DNA of 64,000 nucleotides from Thermodesulfobacteriota bacterium. GTDB taxonomy: Bacteria > Desulfobacterota_D > UBA1144 > Nemesobacterales > Nemesobacteraceae. Numbering within the stretch: position 1 is the stretch's first letter; each line of letters starts with the position of its first letter. Below, in pieces: positions 10,110-18,556 of this stretch. Location of the stretch: assembly GCA_963667625.1 (NCBI GenBank), contig OY763921.1, positions 325,778-389,777 of the forward strand, read 5' to 3'. Below the pieces are notes generated by a model. It searched no databases, was not told the DNA's origin, and worked only from the letters and a program-made list of their open reading frames with translations. Position numbers and translations under genes: made by a program.

Positions 10110-11321
10110 TTAATTAATCGGCTGGCTGCCAAGAACCACTGTGCTGTGAGCCGACACTATCCCGCCGTTTCCATGCACAACCGCAACCTCGGGATTCTCA
10201 ACCTGCCTTGCCCCCGCGTCTCCCCTCAACTGCAACGTGGCTTCCACCACATGATGCATGGCCCCCAGGTGAGCCTGGGAGAGCAGTCCCCCGTGGGTGT
10301 TCACAGGAAGGTCCTTCCCAATCTCCATCCTTCCCTCAAGAGCAAACGCTCCTCCCTCTCCCTTGGGGACAAAACCCAGTCCCTCAAGTTCAAGCAGCAC
10401 TGTTATGGTGAAGCAGTCGTAAAGAAACGCTATGTCAACATCCCTGGGCTCTATCCCAGCTGTGCTGAAAGCTTTCTGCCCCGACCGCTCAACAGCGTTG
10501 TATATCTGGTCAAGGTTCTCAAGAGTGGTTAAGTACTGGTGGGAGTATCCCTGTCCCATTCCCCAAAGATACGCAAGATCGTTTTCTATCCCAAGCTCCT
10601 TGGCCTTGTCCTCCGTGGTCACTATGAAAGCGGCTCCGCCGTCTGAGATAATGGAGCAGTCATACTTGGTAAGAGGCTCGGCTATAACCCTTGAGCTGAG
10701 AACGTCCTCTACGGAGAGGGGGTCCTTGTTCATGGCGTTTTCCTTGTCGGCGGCATGCTTTCTCATTGTCACTGCCACAGCTGCAAGGTGTTCTCTTCGG
10801 GCACCCCAGTCATGGAGGTATCTCTGCGCCGCGAGGGCGTAACCCCCAGGGGTGGTAAGTCCGTATGGGAATTCAAACTCCGCGTGGCACATTTCCCTTA
10901 TAAGCGCGAGCATGCCTGAAGACGAAATCCCCGAGAGGGTGTTGTCCCCCCTTACGCAGAGTACCACTTCAGCCTGTCCCGACGCTATGGCCATGGCGGC
11001 TTCGGCGACCATCCACACGGCCGTTGCCCCGCCCACTGCAACCGAGGAGAAAAACCTCGGGTTCATGCCGAAGTAATCGGCAAAGGTTGTGCAGTGCATG
11101 AACGTGTGCTCCACTAGGGAGAAGGCCGTTACGAGGCCGTCCACGTCATCTTTTTTAATTCCCGCGTCCTCAATCGCAAGCTTTGAAGCTTCGCTCAGGA
11201 AGTGAAAGGAGCTTTTATCCGGGATTTTACCCTGTTCCGTCTCGCCCACTCCGGCGATAACCACTTTTTTCTTCTTAAGAAGTTCTCGGGTCTCTTGTAT
11301 GCCCGGAAGATTATCTGACAT
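10110..11321 (-). CDS. Thiolase-like protein (SCP-x / nonspecific lipid-transfer protein-type thiolase)
   Basis: 403 aa, thiolase fold length. N-terminus KVVIAGVGETEQGK; paired with a DUF35 gene. Confidence 0.75.
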   Translation of the reverse strand: MSDNLPGIQETRELLKKKKVVIAGVGETEQGKIPDKSSFHFLSEASKLAIEDAGIKKDDVDGLVTAFSLVEHTFMHCTTFADYFGMNPRFFSSVAVGGATAVWMVAEAAMAIASGQAEVVLCVRGDNTLSGISSSGMLALIREMCHAEFEFPYGLTTPGGYALAAQRYLHDWGARREHLAAVAVTMRKHAADKENAMNKDPLSVEDVLSSRVIAEPLTKYDCSIISDGGAAFIVTTEDKAKELGIENDLAYLWGMGQGYSHQYLTTLENLDQIYNAVERSGQKAFSTAGIEPRDVDIAFLYDCFTITVLLELEGLGFVPKGEGGAFALEGRMEIGKDLPVNTHGGLLSQAHLGAMHHVVEATLQLRGDAGARQVENPEVAVVHGNGGIVSAHSTVVLGSQPIN

Positions 11322-11406
11322 TGTAATGCTTCCTCCTTGATGAATCTTTACGATTCGGTATTAAAAATCCGTATCATATTACTATATACCTGCGGCTTTT
11401 GCCAAA

Positions 11407-12639
11407 CTAAATTCCAAGTTCGCGCGAAATAACGATACGCTGTATCTCCGAAGTGCCTTCGGTTATGGAAGCTAGCCTTGCGTCGCGGTAGTATCTCTCC
11501 GCATTGTACTCGACGCTGTAACCGTAGCCCCCGAGTACCTGTAGGGCTTCGGTGGCTACCGATTGTACCACCTCGGCCGAGTAAAGCTTGGCCATGGAAG
11601 CTTCCTTAAGACATTTTTTCCCGTTGCTGTAGAGCCAGGCGGCCTTATATACCATGAGTCTTGCAGTTTCTATCTTGACCGCCATGTCGGCAAGCTTGAA
11701 GCTTATGGCCTGGAACTTGGATATGGGCCTTCCGAACGCCTCTCTTTCCTTTGAATACTGAAGGGCGTACTCGAAGGCGGCCTGGGCTATTCCGACGCTT
11801 TTTGCGGAATGGGTTATGCGTGCTCCGAGCAAGGTTTGCATCGCTCCCGCGAATCCCCCTTCTCCCACGAGCAGGCTTTCCTCGGGAACTTCGCAGCCCT
11901 CGAATATAAGTTCCGAGGTGTCCGCGGAGCGGTGCCCGAGCTTATGCATCTTTCCGCTGACGGAAAATCCCGGGGTGCCCTTGTCCACTATGAATATGCT
12001 TATTCCGTGACCTTTTTTCGTCTTGTCGGTGTAGGCGGCTACCACCGCGTAATCGCACATCGTGCCGTTTGTTATCCAGGTTTTCGTGCCGTTAAGCACA
12101 TAGTGGTCTCCCTTTTTTTCCGCCTGGGTTCTTATGCTTCGCGCGTCGGAGCCGGCGTTGGGTTCGGTGATTCCCAGAGAGCCTATTTTCTTGCCCTCGA
12201 TCCCGGGGATGAGATATTTTTGCTTCTGTTCCTCGGAACCGAATTTGTATATGGGGAACATGGACAGACTCGTGTGAGCGTTAACGCACATCGCTATGCC
12301 GGCGTTAACCTTTCCCATCTCCTCGGAGAATATGCAGTCCATTATCTTGTCCTGAGCGACCCCTCCGTATTCTTCCGGAAAGGAGATTCCGAGCAGTCCG
12401 ATTTCCCCGAGCATGGGAAACAGTTGCTTGGGGAAGGTCTGGGTGGCTTCCGCTTCTTCAACCAGCGGTTCTATCTCGTTCTGGGCGAAATCCACTATCA
12501 TTTCCCGGAACATGTGCTGTTCGTCGGTGAATTCGAAATCAATAGGCAATTTGGCGTCCTCCCTGTGCCAATCCTCATTATAGCGAGAAAGTTTTTCGGG
12601 AAGGCAGTATAGCCGTTTTAGCGTGCTCTGGCAAAGCAA
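11407..12639 (-). CDS. Acyl-CoA dehydrogenase
   Basis: ACAD motifs GITEPNAGSDARSIRTQAEKKGDHYVLNGTKTWITNG and C-terminal ITEGTSEIQRIVISRELGI. The N-terminal IDFEFTDEQHMFREMIVDFA matches the usual ACAD start, so the true start may lie internal to the ORF as drawn. Confidence 0.85.
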   Translation of the reverse strand: MLCQSTLKRLYCLPEKLSRYNEDWHREDAKLPIDFEFTDEQHMFREMIVDFAQNEIEPLVEEAEATQTFPKQLFPMLGEIGLLGISFPEEYGGVAQDKIMDCIFSEEMGKVNAGIAMCVNAHTSLSMFPIYKFGSEEQKQKYLIPGIEGKKIGSLGITEPNAGSDARSIRTQAEKKGDHYVLNGTKTWITNGTMCDYAVVAAYTDKTKKGHGISIFIVDKGTPGFSVSGKMHKLGHRSADTSELIFEGCEVPEESLLVGEGGFAGAMQTLLGARITHSAKSVGIAQAAFEYALQYSKEREAFGRPISKFQAISFKLADMAVKIETARLMVYKAAWLYSNGKKCLKEASMAKLYSAEVVQSVATEALQVLGGYGYSVEYNAERYYRDARLASITEGTSEIQRIVISRELGI

Positions 12640-12925
12640 CTTTGCAATTACTCTAAAAACTTTATTGACATCCCTGCTAAATAGAGAGTACTATAAGAAA
12701 TGTTCCACCTTCCGGTTGCCGCCGTGGCTGTTTTTTCCCTAACGGGATTAAGTGGCTTCGGCGGCTTTTTTTTTACCCGATTCGGTATAAGCCGTAATTG
12801 CGTTTCGGATGAAAAATTCCCCGTTTTCTTCACACCGAAATCAGCATTTTCAGGGGGTTGAGCGGGCAGATATTCTTCAGCACCTCAGAACCCGGAAACT
12901 TTGCTTTAGGTATAGAAAAAAGTAC

Positions 12926-12955
12926 TTGACAAAGGGGTTGGGAGTTTGATTAAAT
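12926..12955 (+). promoter_or_regulatory. Candidate sigma70-type promoter for the ADC-like gene pair
   Basis: TTGACA at 12926-12931, a 17-nt spacer, then ATTAAA/TTAAAT at 12949-12955; a second TTGACA lies at about 13010. Confidence 0.3.
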
Positions 12956-13094
12956 GTAAATCGGGTGAGGTTGCGTCTATTCGCATCCAACAGAACTGCC
13001 GACATTTTATTGACAGGGGCAAAGGGGATGTTGGAGAGGTATGGAATGGGTGGTTAGTTTTGGCCCAAATCTACAGTTTAAGGAGGCTTATAAT

Positions 13095-14075
13095 ATGAGC
13101 CATAGTCATTTAAACGTCCCAACGAAGTACTGGGAGTTGACGAAAGAGGTCCCGCCCCCTCCGATAGAGCGGGATATCAAGTCATGGATCATAGCGAATC
13201 CGTCGGATCCGCTGTGGGACATAGACGTGCTGCCGCTGACATACACGGACAGCAGGTGGTCAGCATTTGTAGTAAGGTGCGACGAGGCAACTCGGAGCCG
13301 TCTGTGCCCGAATCCCCCGTTGCAGGTATGGGATGGCGAAAATGCAGACCTAGTAGAGTTTTGGTATGTGGATCATAAGCACACCATGTTAGGTCCATAC
13401 CTTGAGTTTGGTGTAACAGTGTCGGCGTCATACACGGACCCGGACGGGAACGTGTGGAGAGCAGGATACTATCCGTATATGTATCTTACGGGAGATGCGC
13501 CAGTGGACGCAGGTCGTGTGCTTGGATTTCCAAAGAAGATGTCCTACATCAGATGTACGGTACATGGTGGAGAGAAGGGAACAGACTTCTTTGGATTTGC
13601 GATGAGTCGTAATGGTTACCTGATGCATAGCGCAACGGGTCAGTTTGACGACAAGCAGGTAACACCTCCGTACTTCTATGGGAAGACGGACTGGGGTAAG
13701 TTCAACATGAAGGTAATAACGCGTCCGGACGTATCGAGTTCGGAGTGGCAGCTCACATATCTGCCATCGGCGTTGCCGCCTCCGTTTGACAGCATGATTC
13801 AGGGACACAGGTTCAAGATAAAGCCGGAGCATACCAGGACGGCTAGCGGAGACGCTATCAACTGGTTTATGCAGGCCACTCCGTTTGACAACATGGGAGC
13901 GGAAGTAAAGATCCAGGAAGTAACTGGATTGATTTCGTTTGTGTTCGATCTTGTAATACCGCCAGCGGTAGTACTATGGACGGAGACATACGAGAGGCCG
14001 GCAAGTTATCGTGGATATGCCACACCATACAAGTATGGATTGAGGCAGCAGTTCCCGATCAGTCAGGGTTCATAA
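13095..14075 (+). CDS. Acetoacetate decarboxylase (ADC)-superfamily protein, paralog 1
   Basis: Start moved to ATG 13095 (MSHSHLNV) behind AGGAGG at 13081-13086. The motif YYPYMYLTGDAPVDAGRVLGFPKK matches, from memory, the ADC active-site region YLHMMYLDNEPAIAVGRELSAYPKK, including the Lys-Lys dyad. The N-terminal AFVVRCDEATRSRLCPNPPL resembles ADC DMDALRKVVPEPLEI. Confidence 0.65.
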   Translation: MSHSHLNVPTKYWELTKEVPPPPIERDIKSWIIANPSDPLWDIDVLPLTYTDSRWSAFVVRCDEATRSRLCPNPPLQVWDGENADLVEFWYVDHKHTMLGPYLEFGVTVSASYTDPDGNVWRAGYYPYMYLTGDAPVDAGRVLGFPKKMSYIRCTVHGGEKGTDFFGFAMSRNGYLMHSATGQFDDKQVTPPYFYGKTDWGKFNMKVITRPDVSSSEWQLTYLPSALPPPFDSMIQGHRFKIKPEHTRTASGDAINWFMQATPFDNMGAEVKIQEVTGLISFVFDLVIPPAVVLWTETYERPASYRGYATPYKYGLRQQFPISQGS

Positions 14076-14107
14076 TATAGAGATAAAGTTAAGGAGGTAA
14101 AACCATA

Positions 14108-15079
14108 ATGGGATTACATGCAAATGAGTACAGTTATCCTTGGCTGGATGAGGGAGAAGTTCCACCATTACCATTGGACAGGGACAGGATCCACATAATC
14201 AGTCAGGGCGTAGCGGACCCAGTGTTCGACTACGACATCATACCGCTTACGTACACAGAGAGCAGGTGGATGGCCTATGTGATAAGGGCAGACATCAGCG
14301 CAATGAAAGCGGTAGTTCCGGAACCTATAGAGGTTCAGGATGATGTAATAGAGTTTTGGTACGTAATACACAAGAACACGATGTTAGGTCCATACATGGA
14401 GATGGGCGTAACGTTCTCGGCGACAGTGGATGACGGGAGTGGGCACATATACAAAGCGGGATACTATCCGTATATGTATCTGTCGAACGACTCACCGATA
14501 TTTGCAGGTAAGGAGCCATTCGGATTTCCGAAGAAAGCTGCTTACATAGCCGGGTATGAGCACGGTACCAACAACAACTATTTCAACCACTTGATGGAGC
14601 GCAGGGGTTATATACTGCACACGGCGAACGGGCGTTATTCTGACAGGCCGCTTTCAGCCAGGCCGACTTTCTACGGGAAGACGGACTGGGGAAGGATGAA
14701 CTACAGGATAACAACGAGGCCGGATGTATCGAACAGCATCCATGAAGTAACGTATCTGCCGTCGGATCTGCCGCCGGGATTTGGAACGGGACACAGGTTC
14801 CAGCTGAATCCGGAGAGCGTGAGGACAGCTGTTACGGAGGATGTACGTTCGTGGTACATGTCAGGGACGCCATTTGACTACATGGGTGGTCAGATACCAG
14901 CGGCGGAGGTAGTAGGGTTGATAAGCTTCACGTTTAACCTGATCATACCGCCGGCGCAGACGATATGGACAAGGACGGTAGAGAGGGCCACAGAAGATAT
15001 GGGCCATATAGTATACTCCACACCGTTTGAGTACACGATGCGTCACAGGTTCCTGCTGCCGCAGTATAGCCAGGGATAA
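14108..15079 (+). CDS. Acetoacetate decarboxylase (ADC)-superfamily protein, paralog 2
   Basis: Strong RBS TAAGGAGGTAAAACCATAATG. Clearly paralogous to the upstream gene: EFWYV.HK.TMLGPY, AGYYPYMYL, GFPKK, FYGKTDWG, TTRPDVS and GLISF.F.L.IPPA are all shared; KK dyad conserved. Confidence 0.65.
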   Translation: MGLHANEYSYPWLDEGEVPPLPLDRDRIHIISQGVADPVFDYDIIPLTYTESRWMAYVIRADISAMKAVVPEPIEVQDDVIEFWYVIHKNTMLGPYMEMGVTFSATVDDGSGHIYKAGYYPYMYLSNDSPIFAGKEPFGFPKKAAYIAGYEHGTNNNYFNHLMERRGYILHTANGRYSDRPLSARPTFYGKTDWGRMNYRITTRPDVSNSIHEVTYLPSDLPPGFGTGHRFQLNPESVRTAVTEDVRSWYMSGTPFDYMGGQIPAAEVVGLISFTFNLIIPPAQTIWTRTVERATEDMGHIVYSTPFEYTMRHRFLLPQYSQG

Positions 15080-15130
15080 TGGCGAAGAGCTGGTGTCGGA
15101 AGACACTGAGTTCTTGATGAGTAAGATGAA

Positions 15131-15172
15131 GAGGAGGGAAGCCGGTAACGGTTGTCCCTCCTCTTTTTTTTG
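15131..15172. terminator. Rho-independent terminator
   Basis: GAGGAGGGA ... TCCCTCCTC 9-bp stem followed by TTTTTTTT; lies between the convergent ADC-like paralog 2 and the DUF1015 gene. Confidence 0.6.
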
Positions 15173-15177
15173 CCTGC

Positions 15178-16389
15178 TTAACGCCAGAGAGGGTTGAATA
15201 CTAGTCCGGAGAGAATTTTCGGATAGAAATAAGTGGTCTTGTGAGGCATCTTGGTTCCGTCGAGAACCACTTTGAATATCTCCTCTGATTTTAGCTTGGG
15301 AAGAAGAAATCCGGCCTCAAACTCCCCGTTGTGCACATTTTCGAATACTTCTTCCGGGAACTTGGAGTATCGTACGCCTGCCTTGTCTTCTTCTATCAGT
15401 GCTTCGAACACCTGACTGTGAAGAATTATCACGGCGAGGTTCTCGTAGTCTTTTTCCCTCTTTGTCTTGGGAGTAAGTCTGAAGGTTTTCTCGGGGTCTT
15501 TGGTTACGACGGATATCTGGTCCGGGCCGAGATCAAGCGAACGCTCAAGCGCAATTCTCTCAACTTCGAAATCTTTCCGCAGATTCTCAATCAGTTTATC
15601 CCCGACTTTTCTCGCTATCCTGTGAGTGGGATTAATTATAAGTCCCTGGCCTTCTCCGCGCGAGAGATAGGTCATTACATAATCCCAAGGCATCTTTCCT
15701 GAATCCTCCCCCGTTTCTTCCCTTTTAAGGTTTCTGAAGTTTATCGAGGTTTCGTAACGGTGGTGACCGTCTGCAATCAGAATCGATCTGTCTGCGAGGC
15801 GGTTTTTTATGCGTTCTATGATTTTCGGATCGGATATCTTCCAGAGAGTATTTCTTATTCCCTCTTCAAATGTGACGTCCACAAGAGGTTCTCCGATATT
15901 TTTATCTACATCTTCCTCGATCTCTCCCGAGGCGTCGGGATAGACGCAGAAGATCTGGCTCAGGTTGGAGTTGCATGCGATTGTGAGCGCCAGTCGGTCT
16001 TCCTTGTGTTTTCTGAAAGTCTGTTCGTGCGGCAGGACGATTTTCTTGTCGAAGTCTTCAACCTTTAGGTTCGCTATGAACCCTTTTCTTGTGTAGCGTT
16101 GTCCTTCGAACTCGAAATCCTGGTAGTAAGGATAGATTGAAGGCTCATCATCCCTTATGAGCACCTTGTCGCGGAGCCACTTCGAATAGATTTCCTTCGC
16201 GTTTTGATAACGCTGCTTGCCTTCTCCGTCGGGCAGTTCAATTCTCACGGCGTTAAAGGGACTTTTGGCGTAGAGTTCCTCGCGTTGCCGCGGACTTATT
16301 ACGTCGTAGGGAGGAGCGATGACTTTCGCGAAGTCCTCGACCGCTTCCTTGCTGTATCTTATACCTCTGAAAGGTTTTATTTCAGCCAT
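15178..16389 (-). CDS. DUF1015-family protein
   Basis: The N-terminal hallmark KPFRGIRY...VIAPPYDVIS is characteristic of DUF1015 proteins. Confidence 0.7.
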   Translation of the reverse strand: MAEIKPFRGIRYSKEAVEDFAKVIAPPYDVISPRQREELYAKSPFNAVRIELPDGEGKQRYQNAKEIYSKWLRDKVLIRDDEPSIYPYYQDFEFEGQRYTRKGFIANLKVEDFDKKIVLPHEQTFRKHKEDRLALTIACNSNLSQIFCVYPDASGEIEEDVDKNIGEPLVDVTFEEGIRNTLWKISDPKIIERIKNRLADRSILIADGHHRYETSINFRNLKREETGEDSGKMPWDYVMTYLSRGEGQGLIINPTHRIARKVGDKLIENLRKDFEVERIALERSLDLGPDQISVVTKDPEKTFRLTPKTKREKDYENLAVIILHSQVFEALIEEDKAGVRYSKFPEEVFENVHNGEFEAGFLLPKLKSEEIFKVVLDGTKMPHKTTYFYPKILSGLVFNPLWR

Positions 16390-16999
16390 GGAGAATCTTC
16401 TCTATTTCGGTTACGGAAAGATCGCCCTCTCTGATAATCTCGGGTGACTTGGTCGTCAGGTTCACTATCGCTGAACCCATTGAGGATGGAAGGTTACCAG
16501 AATCAACGATAACATCAATCCCGCTCGGAAAATCCCTGCGGATATCGTCAAACCGGTTTGAGTTGCCCCTGCCGCTTATGTTCGCGCTTGTAGAGGTTAT
16601 TGGTTCTCCCACGCGGCGAAGGATCTCTTTTGCGAAAGGAGAGGTGGAGATTCTTGTCGCGACCGAGTCCCTTCCTCCTGAAACCTCTTTGGGAAAAACG
16701 GATTTCGGATGCAGTATGAGCGTAAGGGGTTTTTGGCTCCGGGAGTATCTTTCGAGGAGGTCGCCGGGAACATGAAAGTGGCGATCAAGCATCTCCTCAT
16801 CACTTACGAGGACTATAAGTCCCTTGCCTCCGGATCTTCGTTTTATGTTTACTATTTTCCGGCAGGCCTCTTGGTCAAACGCAAGACAGCCGATTCCGTA
16901 GAGAGTTTCGGTCGGGTATACGATCACACCACCGCCCGTAAGGCATTCGGATAGCTTATCAAATACGAGCGGATCGGTTTCTTTGATAATTTCAGTCAA
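16382..16999 (-). CDS. tsaC: L-threonylcarbamoyladenylate synthase (Sua5/YrdC/TsaC family)
   Basis: YrdC signature GGVIVYPTETLYGIGC; 205 aa. Confidence 0.85.
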   Translation of the reverse strand: MTEIIKETDPLVFDKLSECLTGGGVIVYPTETLYGIGCLAFDQEACRKIVNIKRRSGGKGLIVLVSDEEMLDRHFHVPGDLLERYSRSQKPLTLILHPKSVFPKEVSGGRDSVATRISTSPFAKEILRRVGEPITSTSANISGRGNSNRFDDIRRDFPSGIDVIVDSGNLPSSMGSAIVNLTTKSPEIIREGDLSVTEIEKILHG

Positions 17000-17041
17000 T
17001 TTTTCGCGTTCCCCGGGTTCCGATATACTATAAGTTTAACG

Positions 17042-18529
17042 ATGGACTCGCAAGCTGTAAAAAGAACCGGCAGATGGAAATCCCGTATCACCTCGGAACT
17101 TGTGGGAATCCTGGGTGCCGGAGCGGTTATATCAGCCGAGGATGAGCTGATCGCCTATGAAAGCGATGGGCTTACGGGATACAGGGTAAAGCCTCTTTTC
17201 GTTGTTTTGCCTTCAACTGCGGAGGAGGTTTCCCAAGTCGTAAAAATTTGCAATCGCGAGAAAATTCCTTTTGTTCCTAGAGGGGCGGGAACCGGGCTCT
17301 CCGGGGGCGCTCTTCCTAATAGCGAGGGAATAGTGATATCGCTTTCAAGAATGAACAGGATTCTTGACGTGGATATCCCGAACCGCGTCGTTGTGGTCGA
17401 GCCCGGAGTGGTCAATATTTCCGTAACCGATGCCGTGAGCGCCGAGGGATTTTACTACGCCCCCGATCCTTCAAGCCAGATCGTGTGCACAATAGGAGGC
17501 AATGTCGCGGAGAATTCGGGCGGAGTTCATTGTCTTAAGTATGGAGTCACGACCAACCACGTGCTCGGAGTGGAGATGGTTCTGCCCGACGGAGCAGTGG
17601 TCACGCTCGGGGGCCCTGCCCCGGAGAGTCTCGGATATGACCTTCTTTCGCTTGTGGTCGGAAGCGAGGGGCTTTTGGGCATAGTGACCAAGGTCTTTTT
17701 GAGAATAATAAAAAAACCTCAGATGGTTAAGACTCTTTTCGCTTCGTTTGAGAGAATCGAGGACGCCGGGGCGTCGGTCTCCGCAATCATTTCTTCCGGG
17801 GTTATTCCCGCAGGAATGGAAATCATGGACAATCTCAGCATAAACGCTGTGGAAACCACTGTGGGTGCCGGATACCCTAGGGACGCGGGAGCTATTCTTC
17901 TCGTAGAGCTTGACGGACCTGAGGCGGAGGTTAAAGCGCAGGTTCCTGCCGTAAGCGAGATACTTCGGGAAGACGGTGCGATTGAAATAAAGCTGGCGGC
18001 GGATGAAAGCGAGAGACAGCTTTTCTGGAAGGGGCGTAAAAGTGCGTTTGCCGCCATGGGGAAGATAAGTCCCGGATACTATGTTCAGGACGGTGTAATT
18101 CCCAGGAGCACCTTGGCCAAGGTGCTTGGAGAGATAGGGGAGCTCGGCAGAAGGTACGGTCTTCGGGTTGCGAACGTCTTTCATGCGGGAGACGGAAATC
18201 TTCATCCGCTGGTGCTCTACGATCCTGAAGTTGAGGGGGAATCCGAGAAAGCCGAGGAACTTTCCGGGGAAATTCTCAGGGTATGCGTTGACGTCGGCGG
18301 CAGCATTACGGGAGAGCACGGTGTTGGCTTTGACAAGAAAAGGTTTCTTCCGCTTATGTTCAACGAGCAGGAAATAGACACGATGAATCTGGTGCGGTGC
18401 GCTTTCGACGAGGAGGGGCTCTGCAATCCCGGCAAGGTGTTCCCGACTCCTAGAACGTGCGTTGAGCCCGGGATGAAAAAACGAGGTCCCGAGACTACTC
18501 CTGCAAAGGAGATGGGGGAGCTTTTCTAG
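17042..18529 (+). CDS. glcD: FAD-linked oxidase, glycolate oxidase subunit GlcD-like
   Basis: FAD-binding PCMH-type domain (FVPRGAGTGLSGGALP) and a C-terminal FAD-oxidase domain, with GlcE-like and GlcF-like genes downstream. Confidence 0.75.
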   Translation: MDSQAVKRTGRWKSRITSELVGILGAGAVISAEDELIAYESDGLTGYRVKPLFVVLPSTAEEVSQVVKICNREKIPFVPRGAGTGLSGGALPNSEGIVISLSRMNRILDVDIPNRVVVVEPGVVNISVTDAVSAEGFYYAPDPSSQIVCTIGGNVAENSGGVHCLKYGVTTNHVLGVEMVLPDGAVVTLGGPAPESLGYDLLSLVVGSEGLLGIVTKVFLRIIKKPQMVKTLFASFERIEDAGASVSAIISSGVIPAGMEIMDNLSINAVETTVGAGYPRDAGAILLVELDGPEAEVKAQVPAVSEILREDGAIEIKLAADESERQLFWKGRKSAFAAMGKISPGYYVQDGVIPRSTLAKVLGEIGELGRRYGLRVANVFHAGDGNLHPLVLYDPEVEGESEKAEELSGEILRVCVDVGGSITGEHGVGFDKKRFLPLMFNEQEIDTMNLVRCAFDEEGLCNPGKVFPTPRTCVEPGMKKRGPETTPAKEMGELF

Positions 18530-18556
18530 TAGAGCGGGTCCCGTGTTCGAGATTTA

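Noticed and set aside
12648-12833. 61-aa minus-strand ORF in the ACAD/ADC intergenic region
   Set aside because: Lysine/proline-rich, no RBS, and lies in what is more likely promoter or leader sequence.
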